In this document: positions 58,310 through 64,000 of the stretch, piece after piece | Numbering within the stretch: the stretch's first letter is position 1 | Layout of the letters: every line of letters begins with the position of its first letter | Assembly: GCA_024641245.1 (NCBI GenBank) | Contig: JAHEDK010000002.1 | Coordinates: 167,136-231,135 of the forward strand | Source of the DNA: Actinomycetes bacterium | GTDB lineage: Bacteria; Actinomycetota; Acidimicrobiia; Spongiisociales; JAHEDJ01 | DNA length: 64,000 bases | Reading direction: 5' to 3' | Program-made: the position numbers and the translations under genes | The notes under the pieces: model-generated | What the model was told of the DNA's origin: nothing | The model's input: only the letters and a program-made list of their open reading frames with translations | The model's database searches: none

Positions 58310-59157
58310 AAGGCATCCGGGTGCTCATGACTGTGGTCCTCACTCTCGTACTCGCTGAGGTGACGCTCGTGGCCTTCGTGACCTTCTCCGAGGATGCCCG
58401 GGGCGCGGTCACCGACGCGTGGGCCAAGACCGTGAACGCGTGGGCCGGCTCGGAGGAGCGGGCAGGCAATTTCGAGCTGCTCCTGTCGTCTGCAGACGAG
58501 TTCGCTGCTGAATGGGTCCAGCCATTGTGGAGCGCGCCGGAGGCGGCTCCGGCCGGCACCGGATTCTCCGAATGCGTGACCTGCCACACGGATTACGCCG
58601 AACGTCGCCTGTTCACCGGCGTCTTCATGAATCATCCACTGCATTCGGAGTTGGGAATCGCGTGCGCCGAATGCCACACCGACGTTGCGCATCCCCTCCC
58701 TCTCCCTCCGGCCGAAGAGACTTGTGCAGGGTGCCACAATCAAGTCGAACGAGACGGCCCGGCCTCCGACTGTAGCTATTGCCACAAACCTGGCTCGCTG
58801 GCGCACTATCAGTCACTTGGCGTTCCCGACGGAGCCGCCAACTGCAGCACCTGCCACCTTCCGGATTCGTTCGGGCACACCGATCAGCACGCCTTGACGG
58901 TTACTCCAAGCTTCGATGGAACCGATTCCGCCGTCTGCCTCAACTGCCATCAGGCGGCCGCCTGCGCTCGATGCCATGATTCCTCCCACCCGGCCGACTG
59001 GGTATCCCTTCACGGCGCAGAGGTCCAGGACGCCGGTACCGGCGCCGGCTCCTGCGCGGCGTGTCATTCGACAAACTGGTGCGCTGGAGCCTGCCACCTG
59101 AGTGGAACTCTCCAGGGCGGCAGGCTGCTCCCCCTACCGATCGGAGACGATGACTGA
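58306..59157 (+). CDS. membrane-anchored multihaem c-type cytochrome (8 CxxCH + 1 CxxxCH)
   Basis: N-terminal TM; CVTCH, CAECH, CAGCH, CSYCH, CSTCH, CLNCH, CARCH, CAACH plus WCAGACH (CX3CH); ATGA-type overlap with upstream gene. Confidence 0.8.
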   Translation: MKGIRVLMTVVLTLVLAEVTLVAFVTFSEDARGAVTDAWAKTVNAWAGSEERAGNFELLLSSADEFAAEWVQPLWSAPEAAPAGTGFSECVTCHTDYAERRLFTGVFMNHPLHSELGIACAECHTDVAHPLPLPPAEETCAGCHNQVERDGPASDCSYCHKPGSLAHYQSLGVPDGAANCSTCHLPDSFGHTDQHALTVTPSFDGTDSAVCLNCHQAAACARCHDSSHPADWVSLHGAEVQDAGTGAGSCAACHSTNWCAGACHLSGTLQGGRLLPLPIGDDD

Positions 59158-59819
59158 TGGCGAATCGACGAACCTTGCTCGTGCTCGTGGGCACGATCGG
59201 TGCGGTGGCAGCTGCTGCGGCCATCTGGATCGTAGGCGGCGCCGATCCGGATCCACTCATCGCCGAGGTGGATGGGATTCCGATCCGGCAATCACAAGCG
59301 GACTCGCGGATTGAAGGCATCGCCTCGATTCACGGCGACATCACGACGACGCTCGGTAGCGAGTGGAGAGCCACCGTGCTGCAGTCCCTCGTCGATGACG
59401 TGATCGTTCAGATCGAAGCCGACCGGAGATCCCTCGAACCGACCGATGCCGATCTCGAACAAGCAGTCGCCGATACCAAGGCAATGGTGGGTACCGATGC
59501 GGACTGGGAGATCTGGCTTACGGACCAGGGGCTCGACGACGAGGAAGTTGAGCGGCGCCTGACCACCCAGATCAGGACCAACCGTGTGTACGACGCGGTC
59601 ACCGCCGATGTGACTATCGCGCGCACCGACCTCGAGGCCTACTACGAGGCGAACCTCGACCAGTTCACCGTCGACGGCGCCGTCAGAGAACTCTCCGAGG
59701 TCGAAGAGCAAATCAAGGTGGCCGTTGAAAGCATGATGCGAGATCGCGTCTACGCCGAGTGGATCGACGCCCGCCGGGCCGAAGTCATCCTGGAGGTGGT
59801 GCACGATGACTGGCGATAG
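59157..59819 (+). CDS. SurA N-terminal-domain-like periplasmic chaperone (membrane anchored)
   Basis: N-terminal TM; SurA_N/PpiD-like helical domain; start overlaps upstream TGA. Confidence 0.5.
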   Translation: MANRRTLLVLVGTIGAVAAAAAIWIVGGADPDPLIAEVDGIPIRQSQADSRIEGIASIHGDITTTLGSEWRATVLQSLVDDVIVQIEADRRSLEPTDADLEQAVADTKAMVGTDADWEIWLTDQGLDDEEVERRLTTQIRTNRVYDAVTADVTIARTDLEAYYEANLDQFTVDGAVRELSEVEEQIKVAVESMMRDRVYAEWIDARRAEVILEVVHDDWR

Positions 59820-60480
59820 GCAACCCGCCGACAGGGAGCAGAATGTCAACGTCCTCCTGGTCATTGTCGGCTTGTTGACGCTCCTCGTGGTCGGGCTCGG
59901 TGCAGCCGTTGTCTTCATCCAACTCAACTCCGATCCGGTCCCCCAGACGGTTGCCGAACGGGACCTCAATCTCTGGCTGCGCCTCGCCGACGACAATCCT
60001 GATGCCGTATGGGCACAGGTCGGCCTGGGGCAAGCACACCTGGCAGGCCAGGATATGGAGGCCGCCCGGGCTGCCTTCGCAGCGGCCCTGGCCATCGATC
60101 CGGCTTCGCCGGAAGCACTGTTCCAGATGGGGCTCCTCGTCCGAGCAGAGGATCCGAATCTGGCCGTCGATTACCTTCGGCGAGCCGTCGAAGCCGCAAC
60201 GGGAGCAGACAAGGCGCGCCCGAACCTGGCGCTCGGAGATCTTCTGATGGAGCGAGGCGACTGGGAAGCGGCGCGGCTGGCCTATGAGTCGTCCATAGCC
60301 AATCTCCCCTTCCTATTGCCCGCGCACCTGGGACTTGCCCGGTCCCTCGAAGCGCTCGGTGACTCCGACGGTGCCCTTGCCGCCTACCTCCAGGCCTCGG
60401 CCTTCGATCCGACGGATCCCGAGATCAAGGAGGCGATCACTCGCCTCGGAGGCACCCAACCCGAGACAACGAACCCGTAG
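59806..60480 (+). CDS. membrane-anchored TPR-repeat protein
   Basis: Single TM followed by 3-4 TPR-like repeats. Confidence 0.6.
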   Translation: MTGDRQPADREQNVNVLLVIVGLLTLLVVGLGAAVVFIQLNSDPVPQTVAERDLNLWLRLADDNPDAVWAQVGLGQAHLAGQDMEAARAAFAAALAIDPASPEALFQMGLLVRAEDPNLAVDYLRRAVEAATGADKARPNLALGDLLMERGDWEAARLAYESSIANLPFLLPAHLGLARSLEALGDSDGALAAYLQASAFDPTDPEIKEAITRLGGTQPETTNP

Positions 60481-60488
60481 GAGCACCG

Positions 60489-61655
60489 ATGGACAGACCA
60501 CCACCAGGACCGATTGCGCACCAGCCACCGCCGTCTCCAGCGCCGGAATCGGGCAATGCCACCCAGACCACTCGCCGCCTAATGATCGGCATGATCATCG
60601 TGCTGTCACTCGCTGCCATCGGCCTGCTCATCCTCCTCCTGTTGCTCCTTCGATCCGGGGAGGAGCCCCAGTCGCTGGCGATGCCCGACGATTGCCCGCT
60701 CGACATCTCCCGCTCGGTATACGGATACGGAGCGGAGTTGGATCAGTTGCTCAACAAGCCGCTGGCCGTCACATTCGACGGCAGTGAGAACCTCTGGGTC
60801 TCCGATACCGGGAACGGGCGGGTCCTGGCACTCGACACCGATGGGAACCTTCTCAGAATCATCGGCACCGAGGAGGGGGCCGGCCGAATGTTCAGCCCGT
60901 ATGGCCTCGCCTTCGATGAGACCTACCAACGGCTCTACGTTGCCGACTGGACAGCCCGATTCGTGTTCATCTATTCGCCGGACGGGCGGTACATCGAGCG
61001 CATACCCGCAGATGACCAGGATTTGACGATCTTCGGCGAAGCCGGGTTCACGCCGTTCCATGTCGAGGTATGGGGGGCGCAGATAATCGTCTCCAGCAAC
61101 GATGGGCTGTATTTCTTCGACCGGGCGGGGCATGTCACCGACCACTGGGGCCAACGTGGGGCTGAGGCCGGGGAGTTTGCGTTCCCCGATGCCTTCGACA
61201 TCGACCGCACCGCCGGAACGTTCTACGTCGCGGACACTCTCAATCGTCGGGTCGTCGCACTCGATTCCGCAGGCGAAGTCCTGTGGATCTCCGGCCGGCC
61301 AGACCAGGCAGGGGCAATCACCGGGTTCTGGCAGCTCCCGCGGTCTATCACCGTCGGGCAGGACGGAAATGTGTACGTCGTCGACACATTCAGGGCGCAG
61401 GAGAAGTGCTCCGGGATGGGACACGTTGTGGTGCTCGATCCCGGCGGCGAACTCGTCTCCGAATTTGGAGCGGCCGGCAGCCAGGAATGGGCGTTCAGTT
61501 TCCCGGAGAAGCTCGCAATCGGTCCAAACGGTACATTCGGGCTCGCTGACCGAGAAAAGGGTCGCGTGGTGGTGTTCGACGTTGGACAGCTTCCACCGGC
61601 CGACGAGTCCGAGGCGGACAAGTACCTGCAATCGTTCACCCGCTTCGATGATTGA
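60489..61655 (+). CDS. membrane-anchored NHL-repeat (six-bladed beta-propeller) protein
   Basis: Pro-rich N-tail, TM, then repeated NHL-type blades (VSDTGNGRVLALDTDGN, YVADTLNRRVVALDSAGE, YVVDTF...). Confidence 0.75.
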   Translation: MDRPPPGPIAHQPPPSPAPESGNATQTTRRLMIGMIIVLSLAAIGLLILLLLLLRSGEEPQSLAMPDDCPLDISRSVYGYGAELDQLLNKPLAVTFDGSENLWVSDTGNGRVLALDTDGNLLRIIGTEEGAGRMFSPYGLAFDETYQRLYVADWTARFVFIYSPDGRYIERIPADDQDLTIFGEAGFTPFHVEVWGAQIIVSSNDGLYFFDRAGHVTDHWGQRGAEAGEFAFPDAFDIDRTAGTFYVADTLNRRVVALDSAGEVLWISGRPDQAGAITGFWQLPRSITVGQDGNVYVVDTFRAQEKCSGMGHVVVLDPGGELVSEFGAAGSQEWAFSFPEKLAIGPNGTFGLADREKGRVVVFDVGQLPPADESEADKYLQSFTRFDD

Positions 61656-61799
61656 GGGTGACGGACCCGGGCCGAAGGCCCAATCATCAAAGGTGTTCCT
61701 GACCCTTTAGTAAGTGACTCAGGTCCCTGGAGCGGCCGGCAGGTCATGCGATAGCTTGACGAGGAGAGATCGGACCAACAACCGATCCCGGAGAGATCG

Positions 61800-62909
61800 A
61801 TGCGCACCAAGCTGCAAGGGTTCGCTCTGTGGGGGATGCTGTTCTTTGCCGTCGTCGGACTCACGGCCCTGTCGGCCGACCCGGCCTCAGCGCAGGATTC
61901 CGCCGACTCGGAAGTCAACAACTACTGCCTGGGATGCCACGAATCCGGGAACATCATTCTCACGTTCCCGTCGGGGGAGATGCTTCCCGCCGTGGTGCCG
62001 CGTACCGTTTTCGACGCCTCTATCCACGGTCAGGTCGGCCTCACCTGCATCGCCTGTCATACCGATATCGGGCAGTACCCACACGACCCCATGTCGGCCG
62101 TCACCCGGCGAGACCTGGCGATCGAGTTGTACACCACGTGCTTCAACTGCCACGAGAGCGAATACACCGACACGCTCGACAACATGCACACCGAAGCTCT
62201 CGCCGGCGGCAACCGGGAAGCCGCCGTCTGCACCGACTGCCACGGCGCTCACAACGTCACCCACCCCAGCGTCGACACAACGGCCATCCCGCGCACCTGC
62301 CGGAACTGCCACTCCGAGATCTACGACCTGTACGCCGGCAGCATCCACGGTGCCGCCCTACTCGAACACGACAATCAGGACGTTCCAAGCTGCACGAGTT
62401 GTCACGGCGTCCACAGTGTTGAAGGACCCTCGCACTCGCAATTCCACCTGTTCTCACCGAAAATCTGCGAGGACTGCCACGCCGATGAAGCTCTCATGGG
62501 CAAGTACGGGATCAGCACGGCGGTCTTCGACACCTACGTAGCCGATTTCCACGGCACGACGGTCATGCTCTTCGAGGAACTGGCGCCCGACCAGAAGACC
62601 AACTCGCCGGTCTGTATCGACTGCCACGGCGTGCACAACATCCTGGCCGCCAACGAGGTCGACTCGACCGTCTACAAGGAGAACCTGCTCCTCACCTGTC
62701 AGCGGTGCCACCCAGACGCCACCGCCAACTTCCCCGACTCGTGGATGAAGCACTACCAACCGACCTCCGACCAGGCGGTCCTTGTCTGGCTGGTCAATTG
62801 GTTCTACCGACTCGTCATCCCCGGCGTCGTGGGGGGCATGCTCGTCTGGGTGACGATCGACGGCATTCGCCACTTGCAGCATCGACGGAAGGCGGCCGAG
62901 AGTGTCTGA
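61800..62909 (+). CDS. nonahaem c-type cytochrome with signal peptide and C-terminal TM anchor
   Basis: Nine CxxCH motifs (CLGCH, CIACH, CFNCH, CTDCH, CRNCH, CTSCH, CEDCH, CIDCH, CQRCH); C-terminal hydrophobic helix VIPGVVGGMLVWVTI. Confidence 0.85.
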   Translation: MRTKLQGFALWGMLFFAVVGLTALSADPASAQDSADSEVNNYCLGCHESGNIILTFPSGEMLPAVVPRTVFDASIHGQVGLTCIACHTDIGQYPHDPMSAVTRRDLAIELYTTCFNCHESEYTDTLDNMHTEALAGGNREAAVCTDCHGAHNVTHPSVDTTAIPRTCRNCHSEIYDLYAGSIHGAALLEHDNQDVPSCTSCHGVHSVEGPSHSQFHLFSPKICEDCHADEALMGKYGISTAVFDTYVADFHGTTVMLFEELAPDQKTNSPVCIDCHGVHNILAANEVDSTVYKENLLLTCQRCHPDATANFPDSWMKHYQPTSDQAVLVWLVNWFYRLVIPGVVGGMLVWVTIDGIRHLQHRRKAAESV

Positions 62910-64000
62910 CGTCCTTGAGCGCGCAGCAGTCGACGTCGAACTGGACGATCGGATACTGCGTTTTGGAAAGGCGGATCGCATCGAGCATGCGGTCCAGGTA
63001 ATCAGCTTCGCCGGCCTCGGCCTCACTGGGCTGATCCAGAAGTTCTTCGAGTCGGCGATTTCTCAGTGGTGGATTGAGTTCCTTGGTGGGTTGCCACAGG
63101 TGCGCGTCATTCATCGCTGGCTGGCGACCATCCTCATGCTCGCCGTCATCTGGCACTTCGGTAAAGCCGGATATCGCACGTACGTCGAACGGCGACCGCG
63201 AGCCATGGTCCCGAGCAAGCGCGACTGGATTGCCATCAAGGAATCGATCGCGGTGCTGGCGGGACGGCGTCACGAACCTGTGAAACAAGGTCGATTCACG
63301 TTCGCGGAGAAGGTCGAGTACTGGTCGTTCGTCTGGGGCACCGTCTTGATGATCGCCACCGGCTATATGCTGTGGAACCCGATTTCCACCGCCAAGTTCC
63401 TCCCCGGTGATTTCATCCCGGCCGCCAAAGCGGCACACGGTGGAGAAGCGATCCTGGCTGTGCTGGCCATCCTCGTCTGGCACATCTACCACGTGCACAT
63501 CAAGCATTTCAACAAGAGCATCTTCACCGGCTACATCAGCCGGGCAGAGATGATCGAAGAACATGGCCTCGAACTCGAGGCGATGGAGGCGGGCAAGACC
63601 GGTCCGCAGGCGACACAAGCCGAGATTGTGGAGCGGCGGCGCAAGTTCCTTCCCGCCTTCGGTGTTGTGGCGGTCCTCATGATGGCCGGCATCTACTGGT
63701 TCGTGAGCTTCGAGGATACGTCGATCGCCACCATCGAGCCCATCGAAAACGTGGTGGCATACAAGCCACTGCCTCCTGAACAGCAGAGCGGCCCGGCGCT
63801 TTCTGGTGACAATCCGCTCCCGACCATCGTCATCCCCGACACCACCCTCCCCACCGAGACGACGGTGCCGCAGGGTGAAGTCACATGGGCCACGGTTGGG
63901 CCCGTTCTGGCCGATAGCTGCGGTACGTGCCATTCGGCCTCGAACTCCATGGGCGGGCTCGACCTTTCGTCGTACGAGGGGGCGCTGGGTTCCGAGGGAG
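62902..64000 (+). CDS. FdnI/HydC-type dihaem cytochrome b membrane subunit with C-terminal c-type haem (CGTCHS) extension; 3' end outside window
   Basis: Absent from the ORF track because the frame runs off the window; GTG start overlaps the upstream stop. Four TM helices with conserved His (RIEHAVQVISFAGLGLTGL; HRWLATILMLAVIWH; YWSFVWGTVLMIATGY; AAHGGEAILAVLAILVWHIYHVH), then Pro/Thr linker and CGTCHSASNSMGGLDLSSY. Confidence 0.7.
   Translation, partial: MSDVLERAAVDVELDDRILRFGKADRIEHAVQVISFAGLGLTGLIQKFFESAISQWWIEFLGGLPQVRVIHRWLATILMLAVIWHFGKAGYRTYVERRPRAMVPSKRDWIAIKESIAVLAGRRHEPVKQGRFTFAEKVEYWSFVWGTVLMIATGYMLWNPISTAKFLPGDFIPAAKAAHGGEAILAVLAILVWHIYHVHIKHFNKSIFTGYISRAEMIEEHGLELEAMEAGKTGPQATQAEIVERRRKFLPAFGVVAVLMMAGIYWFVSFEDTSIATIEPIENVVAYKPLPPEQQSGPALSGDNPLPTIVIPDTTLPTETTVPQGEVTWATVGPVLADSCGTCHSASNSMGGLDLSSYEGALGSEG

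Noticed and set aside
1-64000. tRNA, rRNA or other structured RNA genes
   Set aside because: All intergenic gaps longer than ~70 nt were read by eye; none shows the tRNA T-arm GGTTCGA(A/T)TCC signature or rRNA-like conservation. The six-frame track was used for CDS only and no tools were available for RNA search, so absence is provisional.

Overview
This is a high-GC (about 65%) bacterial chromosomal segment. Gene content (GlnE, ECF sigma/anti-sigma pair, ClpS-DUF2017, DUF559, HbhA-like lysine-rich protein) suggests an actinobacterial lineage, possibly Acidimicrobiia-like; this is inference, not a search result.

The first ~34 kb is mostly housekeeping: a penicillin-acylase fragment, a selD selenoprotein with an in-frame UGA, an ECF sigma/anti-sigma pair, greA, mgtE, a REC-GGDEF-HD-GYP regulator, nadE, glnE, tyrA plus DAHP synthase, an XRE/HbhA-like pair, MobA-like/XdhC, M15 and M23 peptidases, RlmD-like, and clpS.

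The last ~30 kb (34.1 kb to the window end) is a dense respiratory and electron-transfer island:
- A translationally coupled nine-gene operon (34102-41825) encodes two complete Rieske/cytochrome b6/subunit-IV sets. In the first set subunit IV is fused to an eight-CxxCH cytochrome c domain, and the set is followed by a GltD-like FAD/NAD(P)H oxidoreductase with extra 4Fe-4S clusters. This resembles the proposed electron-bifurcating bc complexes of anammox bacteria.
- A complete System I cytochrome c maturation locus follows (ccmEDCBA divergent from ccmFHIG, 41949-48685).
- A multiheme cytochrome c island (48795 to the window end) carries eight proteins with 5, 10, 6, 11, 10, 10, 8(+CX3CH) and 9 heme motifs, at least 69 in total. 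It also holds an Rrf2 regulator, a SurA-like chaperone, TPR and NHL-repeat proteins, and a terminal CbcL-like pair (nonaheme c plus a FdnI/HydC-type dihaem cytochrome b that runs off the window).
- A DUF559 gene flanked by a small palindromic repeat family sits inside the island.
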